From an uncultured Gemmatimonadales bacterium (GTDB lineage Bacteria; Gemmatimonadota; Gemmatimonadetes; Gemmatimonadales; Gemmatimonadaceae): a stretch of DNA of 64,000 nucleotides. The notes beneath the pieces were generated by a model. It saw nothing but the letters and a program-made list of their open reading frames with translations, did no database searches and had not been told where the DNA came from. Shown here in pieces: positions 50,420 through 61,673 of this stretch. The number at the start of each line of letters is the position of its first letter. Positions within the stretch are counted from its first letter, which is position 1. The DNA lies in NCBI GenBank assembly GCA_963793305.1, contig CAWBZV010000002.1, forward strand, positions 224,001 through 288,000, in the 5' to 3' direction. Position numbers and translations under genes: made by a program.

Positions 50420-51854
50420 CCGCCTCGTCGGCCTCTTGCACGAGTACCTCGCCAACCGAACGCTCCGGCAACGCGGCGACATTGATCCGCACATTGTAGG
50501 CGGCGCCGCGGCACGCGGCCTCGGCGAGCAGCGCCCCGACGCCGGCATCGGAGACCGCATTCGTGTTACCCTTGTCCGCGATGCGCGCCGCCAGCGCGGC
50601 GACCCGAGCCGCCGCGCGCGCGGTCTCGAGCGGCACGCGCGCCGCGCCGAGGAGTGCTTCGGTGATGACCTGCTGCCGGTTCGCGTCGGTCTTCGGCAGC
50701 TTGTAGGCGGCCGACACCGCACCGTAGGCCGCGGCGTCACGTTCGACGAGCTCCGCGAGTTGGCCGGACAGCTCGGTCGCTTGCCGCGCAATGTCTCGGA
50801 CCTCGGCGTCGACGGCCGCGTACTTGGGTCGGCCCACAGTCAGGCCAGCGACCATTTGCACCAGCGCTCCGGCGAGTGCCCCGACGTGCGCCACCACGCT
50901 GCCACCACCGGGTGTCGGAGACGGTCCGGCGACGGCCGCGACGAAGTCGCCAACCGAGGGGCCGCCCGAGACGGCCGCGCGCACCCGGCGCTCCAGCACT
51001 TGCTTGTCCGCATCGAATCCCTTGAGCTGCACGTGCCGCACGCCCGCGTCGAGCAGCGCACGCTCAGGGATGAGTCCGACGATTTCGCTCCAGGTCGGCA
51101 CGACGCCGTGCGCCGCGGCTTCAGTCCGTACGGTCTCGTAGGCCCGGAACATCGGCGTCTTATCAATGTCGACGAGGTTCATCGAGACTTGCGCCTGTCC
51201 GTCGACTTCGAGTCCGAGCCCTTTCACGTAGCGGAGCCCGCCGGATGAGCCACGCACGGCCTTCGCGACGTCTTTCGCAACTGATAGGTTGGACGCGGGA
51301 CCCAAATAGACGTTGTACGCCACGAGAAACGGCCGCGCCCCGATAGCGACCGCGCCGGCCGTGGGATGGACCGCCGTCGGTCCAAAATCCGGCTGGCGCA
51401 TTTTCGTGCGCAGCCCCTCGAACTCACCGCGCCGCACGTCCGCCAGATTTTCATTCTCGGGTCGGGTCGCCGCCCGTTCGTAGAGAAACACGGGGATGCC
51501 CAGCTCTCGACCCACGCGCTCGCCGAGGCTTTTCGCCAGCGCGATGCACGTGTCCATGGGCACGCCGTCGAGCGGCACGAACGGCACGACGTCGGTGGCG
51601 CCCATGCGCGGGTGCTCGCCTTGATGCTGTGTCAAATCGATCAGCTCGCGAGCCGTACGAATACCGGCGAATGCTGCCTCGGCGACGCTCTCCGGTGGGG
51701 CAACGAACGTCAGTACCGTTCGATTGTGCGATGCGTCCGACGACACATCGAGAATCACGACGCCAGTAACGGCGGCGATCGCATCGCGGATCCGGCCAAT
51801 GACCTCGGGCCTACGGCCCTCGGAAAAATTCGGTACACATTCGACAAGTGACAT
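50361..51854 (-). CDS. ftcd: Glutamate formimidoyltransferase-cyclodeaminase fusion
   Basis: VECVPNFSEGR, HNRTV, GEHPRMGATDVVPF; C-terminal PTPGGGS and NAVSDAGV. Confidence 0.95.
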   Translation of the reverse strand: MSLVECVPNFSEGRRPEVIGRIRDAIAAVTGVVILDVSSDASHNRTVLTFVAPPESVAEAAFAGIRTARELIDLTQHQGEHPRMGATDVVPFVPLDGVPMDTCIALAKSLGERVGRELGIPVFLYERAATRPENENLADVRRGEFEGLRTKMRQPDFGPTAVHPTAGAVAIGARPFLVAYNVYLGPASNLSVAKDVAKAVRGSSGGLRYVKGLGLEVDGQAQVSMNLVDIDKTPMFRAYETVRTEAAAHGVVPTWSEIVGLIPERALLDAGVRHVQLKGFDADKQVLERRVRAAVSGGPSVGDFVAAVAGPSPTPGGGSVVAHVGALAGALVQMVAGLTVGRPKYAAVDAEVRDIARQATELSGQLAELVERDAAAYGAVSAAYKLPKTDANRQQVITEALLGAARVPLETARAAARVAALAARIADKGNTNAVSDAGVGALLAEAACRGAAYNVRINVAALPERSVGEVLVQEADEAVSAAAGAVALATASVERHL

Positions 51855-52678
51855 TAGATCGTTCCCACTCCCCTATCGCTGCTCGCACGCGTCAGCGTGT
51901 CGAGCAGCCACCGGTGCATGGTTGGATTGCCGGCAACGAGGCCGGTGTGAGTGACACGAGCGGGCGCGCCGGAGAGGTCGGTGACCACACCCCCAGCCTC
52001 GCGCACCAAGAGGAGCCCCGCCGCAATGTCCCACGGCGCGAGCTTGAGCTCCCAGAAGGCATCGAACTGCCCAGCCGCGACGTGCGCCAGATCGAGCGCG
52101 GCCGAGCCGGCGCGGCGCATGCCGGCGGTGTGACTTGCGACGGCGGCGAACTGTGGCAGGTATTCGTCGATCCGGTCCATACTGGAGAACGGAAATCCGG
52201 TCCCGATGAGAGCCCGCTGGGGGTTGGTAGTCAATGACACGTGAATCGGGCCGCCGTCCCGCTTGGCCCCGGAGCCAGCGAGCGCGGTGTAGGTCTCACC
52301 GGTGACGACGTGCCGCACGACTCCCGCGACCAAGTCGCCGTCCACCACCACACCAATAGACACGGCATATTCAGGAAAGCCGTGCAAGAAATTCGTCGTC
52401 CCGTCGAGCGGGTCGACGACGAACACGACGCCATGTTCTGGGCGCACTCCGGGCGATAGCTCCTCGCCGAGCACCTGGGCCTCGGGAATCTCGCCGAGCA
52501 ACATCGTGCGGAGCGCCTCCTCCGAGGCCCGATCGACGTCGCTCACGTAGTCCTGCGGCCCCTTCTGTTCCCATTGCAGCATGGCGAGCCCGCTCGCGCC
52601 GCGCCGGACGATCTCGGCGGCGGCGTGGGCTGCCCGTACCGCCAGGTCGAGGAGCGCGCTACTTTCGCCGGATGCCAC
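51854..52678 (-). CDS. suhB: Inositol monophosphatase family protein (SuhB)
   Basis: VDPLDGTTNF, RRAGSAALDL, WDIAAG; start position uncertain. Confidence 0.88.
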   Translation of the reverse strand: MASGESSALLDLAVRAAHAAAEIVRRGASGLAMLQWEQKGPQDYVSDVDRASEEALRTMLLGEIPEAQVLGEELSPGVRPEHGVVFVVDPLDGTTNFLHGFPEYAVSIGVVVDGDLVAGVVRHVVTGETYTALAGSGAKRDGGPIHVSLTTNPQRALIGTGFPFSSMDRIDEYLPQFAAVASHTAGMRRAGSAALDLAHVAAGQFDAFWELKLAPWDIAAGLLLVREAGGVVTDLSGAPARVTHTGLVAGNPTMHRWLLDTLTRASSDRGVGTI

Positions 52679-53670
52679 GGGTCTTCAGCGGGATCCAGCC
52701 ATCCGGTGAGCTCCACATCGGGAATTACCTCGGCGCGGTACGGAACTGGGTGGACGTGCAGCGTCGCTACGAGTCGATATTCTGTATTGTCGACTATCAC
52801 GCGATCACCGCTCCGTATGATCCGGCGGATCTTCGCCTCCGGACGCGGGATCTGGCGGTGTCGCTGCTCGCCGCCGGCATCGATCCCGACGCCGCGATCC
52901 TGTTCGCGCAGTCGTCGGTGCCGGAACATACCGAGTTGGCGTGGATATTCAACACGGTTACCGCGGTCGGCGAGCTCGAACGGCAGACGCAATTCAAGGA
53001 CAAGTCACAGCGGCAGGAGAGCGTCCTCGCCGGAGTGTTGAACTATCCGATCCTGCAGGCAGCCGACATCCTATTGTATCGTGCGGACACGGTTCCGGTC
53101 GGTGAGGACCAGGTCCAGCATCTGGAGCTGTCGCGCGAGATTGCTCGACGCTGGAACGCCCGGTTCGCCTCGCCGGATGCGCCGTACTTCCCCGAGCCGG
53201 CGGCGCTGCTCACCCCCACGCGCCGGATCATGGGGTTGGACGGTCAGGCGAAGATGTCGAAGTCCCTCGGCAACACGATCGGCGTCGTGGAGCCGCCTGC
53301 CTCGGTGTGGGAGAAGCTGCGGCCCGCGGTCACCGATCCGAATCGGGTGCGCAAGACCGACCCTGGTACACCCGAGGTCTGCAATATTTATCACTTGCAC
53401 CGAGCTTTTAACTCGCCAGCTGTCGTGGACAATGTCGCGACCCGCTGTCGAAGCGCCGGTTGGGGATGCATCGATTGTAAGCGGGTGCTGTTCGAGGGGA
53501 TCGAAACCGCGCTGGCCCCGATTCGCGCGCGGGCCGAAGAGCTGACCGCTCAGCCCAAGATCGTCGATGAGGTGCTCGGCGACGGTGCGAACCAGGCGTC
53601 GGCCATCGCGCGTACGACCATGGCCGAGGTGAAATCCCTTATGGGACTCAAGGTTTACGGCGGAATCTGA
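52672..53670 (+). CDS. trpS: Tryptophan--tRNA ligase
   Basis: FSGIQPSG..HIGNY, YPILQAADIL, VPVGEDQ, KMSKS. Confidence 0.97.
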   Translation: MPRVFSGIQPSGELHIGNYLGAVRNWVDVQRRYESIFCIVDYHAITAPYDPADLRLRTRDLAVSLLAAGIDPDAAILFAQSSVPEHTELAWIFNTVTAVGELERQTQFKDKSQRQESVLAGVLNYPILQAADILLYRADTVPVGEDQVQHLELSREIARRWNARFASPDAPYFPEPAALLTPTRRIMGLDGQAKMSKSLGNTIGVVEPPASVWEKLRPAVTDPNRVRKTDPGTPEVCNIYHLHRAFNSPAVVDNVATRCRSAGWGCIDCKRVLFEGIETALAPIRARAEELTAQPKIVDEVLGDGANQASAIARTTMAEVKSLMGLKVYGGI

Positions 53671-53761
53671 AGCCTCGGCCTGGATCTCCAGGCTCGCCGT
53701 ACATCCGAGGCCCGCGGGAGGCGAAGCCGAAGCGCGGGCCCGAGCCGTATGCGGCGCTCAC

Positions 53762-54691
53762 TTGGCCTCCCTGGGTTTCTCCGTGCGCGAGGTGCCGTTC
53801 ACCTACGCCACGTGGCCGGGCCGCTGGGGCACACCTGTCGCGGGAATCGCCTGGATTGTGACGGTGCTGATAGCGGGGCGCTTTCCGGCTGCGTCATTGA
53901 CGGTGCTGATCGCCGGCGCCCTCGTCATTGCCTTGGGAGCGCGGTGGCTGCAGCGCGAGGGGGTGTCGAGAGGGAAGACCCCCGGCGTCAATCTCGAGGC
54001 GAAACGGGGCGAGCCAGCCATTTGGCTCGTCGCACACTTGGACAGCAAGTCACAGCCTATCCCCATTCTCGTGCGCGCGGCGGCAATCGTTGCCTGCATT
54101 CTCGTGTGGATGGTACTGGTGGTCCTATCTGCCCTACGGGTCGAGGGCCTCGCATGGCAGATCGCGACACTTGCCGCTGTCCTCGCGGGACTGCCCGTAG
54201 CGATCTCCACGGTCGGCAGCAAGTCCCCGGGTGCGCTCGACAATGCGACTGGCGTAGCCACCGTGTTGCTGGCCGCCGAGCGCGTCGACCGGTCAGTCCC
54301 GCTCGGGGTCCTGATCACGAGCGCTGAGGAGCTCGGGCTCGCGGGGGCGCGAGCGTGGGTGCGACGGCAGCCCGCGAAGGCTGCGGTCATCAACTGCGAC
54401 ACGATCGACGATCATGGTTATCTTACGATCATGCACTCGCACGGCCGGCCTGAACGGCTGATTCGGGCGTTCGAGCGGCGAGCCGTGCGGGCTCGGCGCG
54501 TGCTCCCTGGTATCCTCGTCGACTCCATCGCCTTTGCCGAGGCGGGCTGGGACGCGGTTACCGTGAGCCGCGGCACGCTCGCAACCTTGGCGAGAGTCCA
54601 CCGTCGCATAGACACACCCGAGGCGCTCAGGAGCGGCAGCGGTGTGGCCGGGGCTGCCGACGTTATCGCCGAGGCGCTGGTGCATGTTTGA
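53762..54691 (+). CDS. Membrane M28-family peptidase (5' end uncertain)
   Basis: VAHLDSK, GALDNATG, AEELGLAG, NCDT, H..DT; internal TM helices. Confidence 0.8.
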   Translation: MASLGFSVREVPFTYATWPGRWGTPVAGIAWIVTVLIAGRFPAASLTVLIAGALVIALGARWLQREGVSRGKTPGVNLEAKRGEPAIWLVAHLDSKSQPIPILVRAAAIVACILVWMVLVVLSALRVEGLAWQIATLAAVLAGLPVAISTVGSKSPGALDNATGVATVLLAAERVDRSVPLGVLITSAEELGLAGARAWVRRQPAKAAVINCDTIDDHGYLTIMHSHGRPERLIRAFERRAVRARRVLPGILVDSIAFAEAGWDAVTVSRGTLATLARVHRRIDTPEALRSGSGVAGAADVIAEALVHV

Positions 54692-55961
54692 CGAGCGGAC
54701 GCGAACGGTTGTCGTGGTCGGCGCGCAGTGGGGCGATGAGGGCAAGGGCAAGCTCGTCGACGTCCTGGCCGAAGGCGCGGACTGGGTCGTGCGATACCAA
54801 GGCGGGGCGAATGCGGGGCACACGGTCGACCTCGGACCTCGCTGCTTCGTGTTGCACCAGATCCCGAGCGGGATTCTGCACCACGGCGTCCGCTGCGCGA
54901 TCGGCAACGGCGTAGTCCTCGACCCGGAGACGTTCTTCACCGAGATCGACACGCTCGTCGCCGACGGCGTCGACGTTGAGGGTCGCCTGTACGTCAGCGA
55001 CCGGGCGCACCTCGTCCTCCCGTATCACAAATTGGTTGATGCAGAAAGTGCCGCCAGCAAAGAAATCGGCACGACGGGTCGCGGCATAGGCCCAGCATAC
55101 GAAGACAAGATCGCGCGCCGCGGCGTGCGCGTCGTAGACCTGCGTCATCCGTCGCACCTCGAATCACTGGTGTCCCGTGGCGCTGAACACGCCAACGCGA
55201 TGCTCGAGCACTACGGCAGCGCGAAGCGCGCCGATGTCGGCCAAACGCTAGAAATCCTGCACGGTCTGGCCCCCCGCCTCCTGGCGCTCGCGGACAATGT
55301 GGGCCTGGCCGTCCATCGCGCGCGCGAGAGTGGCGCGGCGATCCTATTGGAGGGTGCTCAAGGGTCTTTGCTCGACATCGACCACGGCACCTATCCGTTC
55401 GTGACGTCGAGCAACACAACGTCGGGTGGAGCGGCAACGGGCGCCGGGATCTCCCCGCGATCCATCGATGCCGCATTGGGTGTCGTCAAGGCGTACACCA
55501 CACGCGTGGGCAACGGCCCCCTTCCGACCGAGTTCGACGAGCCGCTTGGCTCGCGAGTTCGCGAGCTCGGTCACGAGTACGGTGCGACCACCGGGCGTCC
55601 GAGACAATGCGGATGGTTTGATGCCGTGGTCGTGCGCTACGCCGTGCGCGTGAACGGCCTGACGCATCTCGCCGTGACGAAGCTCGACGTGCTCGACACA
55701 CTGGACCGCCTCGCGATCTGCACGGGATACGAAGCGGCGGGTGACGTGCACACCGAATTCCCGAGCGACCTCACGGCACTCGATGACATGGTGCCGCGCT
55801 ACGAGTGGTTCGAGGGGTGGCAATGCTCCACAGCCGGTGCGCGAACGCGGGAAGACTTACCACCCGCCGCTCGTGCCTATCTGGATCGCATTGAGGCGCT
55901 GGTCGAGGCGCCGATCAAATTCGTGAGCGTAGGCACGCGACGCGATCAGATCATATGGTAG
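54684..55961 (+). CDS. purA: Adenylosuccinate synthetase
   Basis: QWGDEGKGK, GGANAGHT, IGTTGRGIGPAY, TTGRPR. Confidence 0.98.
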   Translation: MFDERTRTVVVVGAQWGDEGKGKLVDVLAEGADWVVRYQGGANAGHTVDLGPRCFVLHQIPSGILHHGVRCAIGNGVVLDPETFFTEIDTLVADGVDVEGRLYVSDRAHLVLPYHKLVDAESAASKEIGTTGRGIGPAYEDKIARRGVRVVDLRHPSHLESLVSRGAEHANAMLEHYGSAKRADVGQTLEILHGLAPRLLALADNVGLAVHRARESGAAILLEGAQGSLLDIDHGTYPFVTSSNTTSGGAATGAGISPRSIDAALGVVKAYTTRVGNGPLPTEFDEPLGSRVRELGHEYGATTGRPRQCGWFDAVVVRYAVRVNGLTHLAVTKLDVLDTLDRLAICTGYEAAGDVHTEFPSDLTALDDMVPRYEWFEGWQCSTAGARTREDLPPAARAYLDRIEALVEAPIKFVSVGTRRDQIIW

Positions 55962-56953
55962 TCGTGGGGCGCGGGAAGACACCTTTTTCTATTGCCATCA
56001 TCGGCGCTGGGCCCTGTGGCTTGGCGGCGGGAATCGCTTTGCAACGTGCGGGCTATCGCGTCGTGCTCTATGACCGGTCGTGCGTGTGCTCGAGCATTGC
56101 GAGTTACCCGTTGTATACGCAGTTCTTCTCGACCGCCGAGAAGCTCTCCATCGGCAACCTGCCGTTCACGACGGGCGGCGACAAGCCGACGCGCCGGGAT
56201 GCACTCGGGTACTATCGCGCGATCGTGCAGCACTTCAACCTGCACGTGCGCCAGTACGAGCCGGTCGTCGACATTCGCAGCGAGCTCCCGCAATTCGTCG
56301 TGACGAGCGAGCGCCGGGCCGAGGGCAAGGTCCAGACGCCGTACGATGCCATCGTCATCGCCACCGGATACTTCGGCACGCCGAATCTCCTCGACGTACC
56401 AGGCGAGGCACTGCCGCATGTCTCGCACCTCTATAGAGAAGGGCACGAGGCGTTCCGTCGCGATGCCGTCGTGGTCGGCGGCGGAAACTCGGCGGTCGAC
56501 GCGGCGCTCGATCTCTATCGCAGCGGCGCTCGCGTCACGATCGTGCATTTCGCCGACAAGCTCGATGCGAACGTCAAGCCATGGATCCTGCCGGACATGC
56601 AGAATCGCCTCAAGGACGGCAGCATCGCGGCCCGGTGGAATGCGCACGTCACGCGCATCGATCTCGAGACGCTCGAAGTCGAGACCCCCTCCGGCGTCGA
56701 GCGTCTACCGGCGCAACACGTCTATCTCATGACGGGCTTCACCCCCAGCGTCACACTCCTGCGCCGTCTCGGCGTCTCGATCGATGACGCCACGGGCATC
56801 CCGATGCACAACGGCGCGACGATGGAAACGAACGTTCCGGGCGTTTTTATCGCCGGTGTCCTAGCCTCGGGGTACGACGCGAACAAGATTTTCATCGAGA
56901 ACGGCCGCAACCACGGCGACCACATCGCGCAATGGCTTTCCCAGAGACAATAG
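55955..56953 (+). CDS. ypdA: YpdA-family FAD oxidoreductase (putative bacillithiol disulfide reductase)
   Basis: GAGPCG, YP....[33 protein letters not shown]. Confidence 0.88.
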   Translation: MVVVGRGKTPFSIAIIGAGPCGLAAGIALQRAGYRVVLYDRSCVCSSIASYPLYTQFFSTAEKLSIGNLPFTTGGDKPTRRDALGYYRAIVQHFNLHVRQYEPVVDIRSELPQFVVTSERRAEGKVQTPYDAIVIATGYFGTPNLLDVPGEALPHVSHLYREGHEAFRRDAVVVGGGNSAVDAALDLYRSGARVTIVHFADKLDANVKPWILPDMQNRLKDGSIAARWNAHVTRIDLETLEVETPSGVERLPAQHVYLMTGFTPSVTLLRRLGVSIDDATGIPMHNGATMETNVPGVFIAGVLASGYDANKIFIENGRNHGDHIAQWLSQRQ

Positions 56954-58314
56954 AAAAAATCGTCTCGCTCGCGAAGCGACACGGTTTCGTCTTCCAATCC
57001 TCCGAGATCTACGGCGGCGCCGGTTCCGTATGGGACTACGGCCCGCTCGGCGTCGAGCTCAAACGCAACGTCAAGGACCGGTGGTGGAACGCGATGGTCC
57101 GGAGCCGCGACGACATCGAAGGTCTGGATGCCGCCATCCTCATGCACCCGAAGGTGTGGGAGGCCAGCGGCCACGTCGCCGGATTCACCGACCCGTTGAT
57201 CGATTGCAAGACGTGCAAGGGTCGCTTCCGCGCCGACAAGCTCGTCGATGCGCAGTGTCACCAAAAGCCGAGTCGCCACCCTGGCGACCCTGGCACGCCG
57301 TGCGTGTTGACCGAGCCGCGGCAGTTCAACTTGATGTTCAAGACGTTCATGGGCCCAGTAGAAGAGTCAGCGGCGGTCGTCTACTTGCGCCCGGAGACTG
57401 CCCAAGGGATCTACGTCAACTTCCTGAACGTCCAGCAATCATCTCGCCAAAAAATCCCGTTCGGCATCGCACAAATCGGAAAGGCGTTCCGCAACGAGAT
57501 CACCCCGGGCAACTTCACCTTTCGAACCCGCGAGTTCGAGCAGATGGAGATGCAGTTCTTCGTCGAGCCGGGCAAGGACATGGAGGCGTTCGAGTACTGG
57601 AAAGCGAAGCGCATGGAGTGGCACCAGGCGCTCGGCCTCGACCCCGCGCGGCTCGAATTTCACCAGCACACGAAAACCGAGCTGGCGCACTATGCGAAGG
57701 CCGCGTTTGATATTCAGTTCGATTTCGGGGGCACGCTTGGCTCGCAAGAGATCGAGGGCATTCACAATCGCGGTGATTTCGATCTCACACAGCACCAGCA
57801 ATACTCGGGCAAGCGCTTGGAGTATTTCGACCAACCCAATAATCGTCGTTTCGTCCCGTATGTGGTCGAAACCTCGGTCGGCGCCGATCGCGTGACACTC
57901 GCGGTCCTGGTGAATGCCTATCGAGAGGAGACCGTCGAAGGCGAAGAGGAGGGGCGCACCGTATTAGCCCTGCATCCGGCACTCGCTCCGACGAAGGCCG
58001 GCGTATTCGCACTCGTCAAGAAAGATGGCATGCCGGAGTTTGCTCATAAGTTGGCGGAGGATCTGAGACGGCGTTTCCCCGTGTACTACGATGAGTCGGG
58101 CTCAATTGGCCGGCGATACAGAAGACAGGACGAAGTCGGGACGCCGTACTGTCTCACGATCGACGGCCAGACGATGACCAATGGCACGGTCACGATCCGC
58201 GGCCGCGATGACCTCAAGCAGGTGCGGATCGCCGCCGACCAGGTCGCGTCGCGCTTGCATGATCTGCTCGCGGCCGATCGGCCCCACGCACGAATCGAGG
58301 ATCTGGTTGGCTGA
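56932..58314 (+). CDS. glyQS: Glycine--tRNA ligase, homodimeric type
   Basis: [49 protein letters not shown]. Confidence 0.96.
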   Translation: MAFPETIEKIVSLAKRHGFVFQSSEIYGGAGSVWDYGPLGVELKRNVKDRWWNAMVRSRDDIEGLDAAILMHPKVWEASGHVAGFTDPLIDCKTCKGRFRADKLVDAQCHQKPSRHPGDPGTPCVLTEPRQFNLMFKTFMGPVEESAAVVYLRPETAQGIYVNFLNVQQSSRQKIPFGIAQIGKAFRNEITPGNFTFRTREFEQMEMQFFVEPGKDMEAFEYWKAKRMEWHQALGLDPARLEFHQHTKTELAHYAKAAFDIQFDFGGTLGSQEIEGIHNRGDFDLTQHQQYSGKRLEYFDQPNNRRFVPYVVETSVGADRVTLAVLVNAYREETVEGEEEGRTVLALHPALAPTKAGVFALVKKDGMPEFAHKLAEDLRRRFPVYYDESGSIGRRYRRQDEVGTPYCLTIDGQTMTNGTVTIRGRDDLKQVRIAADQVASRLHDLLAADRPHARIEDLVG

Positions 58315-59821
58315 CCTGACGTTGGAGCGCCTGCGGACCGAGGCCAACGCCCTGATGGAAGAGATCTCGCGCGAGTTCTATCTCTCGCACGCGGGCCTCA
58401 AGCCGGACGCCGAGCTCGTGCCGATCTACGCGCGCCACGCCGCGGTCGTGAGCGACAATGCATTGGCCCTCGCGCGCGACGAGTATCGCCGCGCGGCAAA
58501 AGACTCGGAGGACCAGCGAGCCGCGCGCATTCTGCTCGACTTCGTAGTTGATACTCGCGCGCAGCGGGCGTTGGCGCCAAGCGAAGAGCGCGAGATCGCC
58601 TGGGAAAGCACCGCCATGGTGCAACTCGGCGACGGTCGAGCCATCCCCTACGCGCGGACAGCGATCGAAATAGGCAACGCGACGGACCGGCGGGAGCGCT
58701 CGGCACTGGACATGGCGCGAGCCACGCTGGTCGAGGCCGAGCTGGCGCCGATGCGGCTGGAGCGGTTCCAACGCGAAATCGATCTCATGGCCGGCATGGA
58801 GATCGCGCCGAGCTACAACGCCACGTTCGAGGCCTTGAGTGGGATCGATCTCGCGAAACTCATGGGAGAGTGCGAGGGCTTTCTCCGCGACACGGCCGAG
58901 CTCTGGCGCGAGCTCTTACCGCACGCGGTGAAGCGCTCGCTCGGCGTTCCCGTCAGCGATTTGACGCGCGCCGATGCGCTGGCCCTGTTCCGGGCGCCGC
59001 AATTCGACGGTGCGTTCCCGGGCAATGCCATGGAGCCCGCCGTGCGACGGCAGATGGGCGAGATGCGGATGGATCCGGACGCCGGTGGGCGCGTGCGCTT
59101 CGATGTCGGCGAGCGGGAAGGCAAGCGCGCCCGCGCGTTCTGTGCTCCCGTGCGTGTCCCCGAAGAGATCTACCTCGTGCTGCGTCCGCACGGAGGGCAA
59201 GGCGACTACATGACGCTGCTGCACGAGCTCGGGCACGCCGTGCACTTCGCGTACACGCGCGCGGATTTTCCTTTCGAGTATCGTTGGGCTGGTGACAACT
59301 CGGTCACCGAGTCGTACGCCATGCTCTTCGATCATCTGACCCAGAATCGGGGCTGGCTGGCCCGGTACACGGGGCTGGGCCGCGACCTGCCGGCATACCT
59401 CCGGGCGGCGGCCCTGGAGGAACTGCACTTTCTCAGGCGGTACTCGGCGAAGCTGATCTACGAGGTGCAACTGTACAGCGGCCGGCTCCCGTGGTCTGCG
59501 CTCCCCGATCTCTACGTCGAGACGCTCTCCTCGGCGACCTCGTTCCTCTACTCCCGCTCTGACGCCTTCGTCGACGTCGACCCGCGGTTCTATTCGGCCA
59601 GATATCTGCGGGCGTGGCAGCTCGGCGCGTTGCTCGCCCAGTCCCTCGTTGAGCAATTCGACGCCGACTGGTATCGCAACCCGCGCACCGGTCCCTGGCT
59701 CGTCGAGAACCTGTTCGCCGAGGGGCAGCGCGAGACCGCCGACGAAATCGCGCGCCGCGTCGCCGGACGGTCCCTGAGCTTCGCCCCGGTCATCAACGCG
59801 CTCGAGGGCTTGCTGGGTTAG
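58307..59821 (+). CDS. M3-like (gluzincin) metallopeptidase
   Basis: [10 protein letters not shown] (HExxH), downstream [16 protein letters not shown] start after GAGGA. Confidence 0.7.
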   Translation: MADLTLERLRTEANALMEEISREFYLSHAGLKPDAELVPIYARHAAVVSDNALALARDEYRRAAKDSEDQRAARILLDFVVDTRAQRALAPSEEREIAWESTAMVQLGDGRAIPYARTAIEIGNATDRRERSALDMARATLVEAELAPMRLERFQREIDLMAGMEIAPSYNATFEALSGIDLAKLMGECEGFLRDTAELWRELLPHAVKRSLGVPVSDLTRADALALFRAPQFDGAFPGNAMEPAVRRQMGEMRMDPDAGGRVRFDVGEREGKRARAFCAPVRVPEEIYLVLRPHGGQGDYMTLLHELGHAVHFAYTRADFPFEYRWAGDNSVTESYAMLFDHLTQNRGWLARYTGLGRDLPAYLRAAALEELHFLRRYSAKLIYEVQLYSGRLPWSALPDLYVETLSSATSFLYSRSDAFVDVDPRFYSARYLRAWQLGALLAQSLVEQFDADWYRNPRTGPWLVENLFAEGQRETADEIARRVAGRSLSFAPVINALEGLLG

Positions 59822-59845
59822 CCGTTCGCAGTAGCTTTTGGCTCC

Positions 59846-61081
59846 GTGCACCAAGGCCACAGCGCGATCGAAATCGGGGCCGTGCGCGAGATTGTTCAGG
59901 CCCTGCTGACCGCCGAACGCCCGGACAATGTCTTCCGGTTCGCGCTAGAACGCGTGAGCCCTGTCGTCGGTGCCACATTCGCCTCGGTGTACCTGATCGA
60001 CGGCCCGTCCGAGCTGATGCGCCTCGCCGCGTCCTACAACTGGCCGGCCCGCTACGCCCCATGGCTCGACGACATGCGCGTCCGCGTCGGTTTCGGGCCG
60101 AGCGGTGAAGCCGCGAGCGAGCGGCGGGCGATCGAGGTGCCGGATGTCTTCGCCGACCCCGCGCTCGAGGACTGGCAGGATGTCGCGGCCGAGTTGGGCT
60201 TCCGCGCGCTGATCGCGCTGCCCCTGCAGACGGGCCACCGCGTGCTCGGCGCCGTGACGTTCTACTTCGCCGAGTCGGGCAGCCCGAGCGTCGAGCGGAG
60301 AGCGTTGCTCCGGATCGTCGCCGCGCAGATGGCGGCGACTGCCGAGAAGGCCGCGCTGATCGGCGAGTTGCGCGACGCCCAGCGGGTGCGCGAGGAGTTC
60401 CTGACGAACATCTCCCACGAGCTCCGGACACCGCTCACGACGATCATGGGCTACCTGGCCTTACTCCAGGATGAGCTGGCGGGCCCGCTCAGCGACCGCC
60501 AGCACAGCGATCTGCGCCACGCACGCGACGCCGGCGAGCGTCTCTTGGTGCTGATCGACGATCTCCTCGAGTTGACCGCGCTCGCCAAGGGCAGCGTTGA
60601 CGTCCGGGCCGACGCATTCGATCCCCGGGAGCCGCTCCGCGACGCCGTCGCGCGGTGTCGGCCGGCGCCCGCGCCCGGTCCCAAGATCGACGAGCCCACG
60701 GGCTTGCTACCCTGTGTCTGCAGCGACAGGGGAAAAGTCACGAAGATCCTGGTCAACTTGCTGGACAATGCGTACAAGTTCGCGGGTGATGGCGCCGTCA
60801 CGATCTCGGTCCACGTCGAGCACGACCGGGCGGTGTATCGGGTGTGTGACACCGGCGTCGGCGTTCCGCCCTCGTCCCGTGGGCTCATCTTCGACGACTT
60901 CCGTCAGGTCGATGGGTCGTTGACGCGACGCTACGGCGGGGCCGGCATGGGTCTCGCGCTCTCGCGTCGCCTGGCGCGCCTTCTCGGCGGGGAGATCGAC
61001 CTCGAGTCGGCGCCAAACGAGGGCTCGACGTTTACCGTCGGCATCCCCTTGGAGTACCGGCTGGCCGACGCGGCGAGTTAA
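59846..61081 (+). CDS. GAF-domain sensor histidine kinase
   Basis: GAF domain; H-box NISHELRTPL; N-box NLLDNAYKF; DTGVG; GAGMGL. Confidence 0.93.
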   Translation: MHQGHSAIEIGAVREIVQALLTAERPDNVFRFALERVSPVVGATFASVYLIDGPSELMRLAASYNWPARYAPWLDDMRVRVGFGPSGEAASERRAIEVPDVFADPALEDWQDVAAELGFRALIALPLQTGHRVLGAVTFYFAESGSPSVERRALLRIVAAQMAATAEKAALIGELRDAQRVREEFLTNISHELRTPLTTIMGYLALLQDELAGPLSDRQHSDLRHARDAGERLLVLIDDLLELTALAKGSVDVRADAFDPREPLRDAVARCRPAPAPGPKIDEPTGLLPCVCSDRGKVTKILVNLLDNAYKFAGDGAVTISVHVEHDRAVYRVCDTGVGVPPSSRGLIFDDFRQVDGSLTRRYGGAGMGLALSRRLARLLGGEIDLESAPNEGSTFTVGIPLEYRLADAAS

Positions 61082-61092
61082 CTTCCCTGGCC

Positions 61093-61362
61093 ATGCCGCC
61101 TACCGTCCAAGCCACCCGCACGTCCCTCGACGGCGAGTCTGTGCTGACGCACGCCACGCGCTTCTTTTCCCGCCAAAACTCGCTCTACCCCGCATTCCCC
61201 GAGAAACGCGGTCCCGCCTACGCGACATTCCGCGGGCAGGGCGGAGAAGAGATCACGATCGGCGTCGCATCATCGCCCGAGGGCGGCACCGCCGTCACCG
61301 GCTCATCGTACATGTTCGACGCCCAGATCGCGCGGTTCTTCTCGACGCTGCCACCCGCATGA
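61093..61362 (+). CDS. Hypothetical protein
   Basis: 89 aa, protein-like composition; ATGA coupling to the next gene. Confidence 0.7.
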   Translation: MPPTVQATRTSLDGESVLTHATRFFSRQNSLYPAFPEKRGPAYATFRGQGGEEITIGVASSPEGGTAVTGSSYMFDAQIARFFSTLPPA

Positions 61363-61673
61363 CGGCTTTCGTCACGTCGCTTCGCGCGCGGCCCGAAACC
61401 ATCGTGCTGGGCAAAGGGATGACGATCCGCGTCGAGATGGCGGAAGTCTGGGACGCGGTTCGCGTAGAGACCCCAATCACCGAGCCGATTTCGGAGATCA
61501 AGGCCGCCGCGCTCAAAGCCCTCTATCCCGACGACCACTCGGACGCCGATTTCGTCGTGAAGCTCAATGGATACGAGATTCTCGACGAGAGCGTGCCGGT
61601 CTCGCAAACAGGAGCCATCGACGGCTCGACGTTGCTGGTGACGTTCCGTCGGCGTCGACCGGTTCGGTCCTGA
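61359..61673 (+). CDS. Small protein with a ubiquitin-like (beta-grasp, YukD/EsaB-like) pattern
   Basis: beta-beta-helix (PISEIKAAAL)-beta (VVKLNGYEILDE)-(G..DGSTLLV) pattern. Confidence 0.6.
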   Translation: MTAFVTSLRARPETIVLGKGMTIRVEMAEVWDAVRVETPITEPISEIKAAALKALYPDDHSDADFVVKLNGYEILDESVPVSQTGAIDGSTLLVTFRRRRPVRS

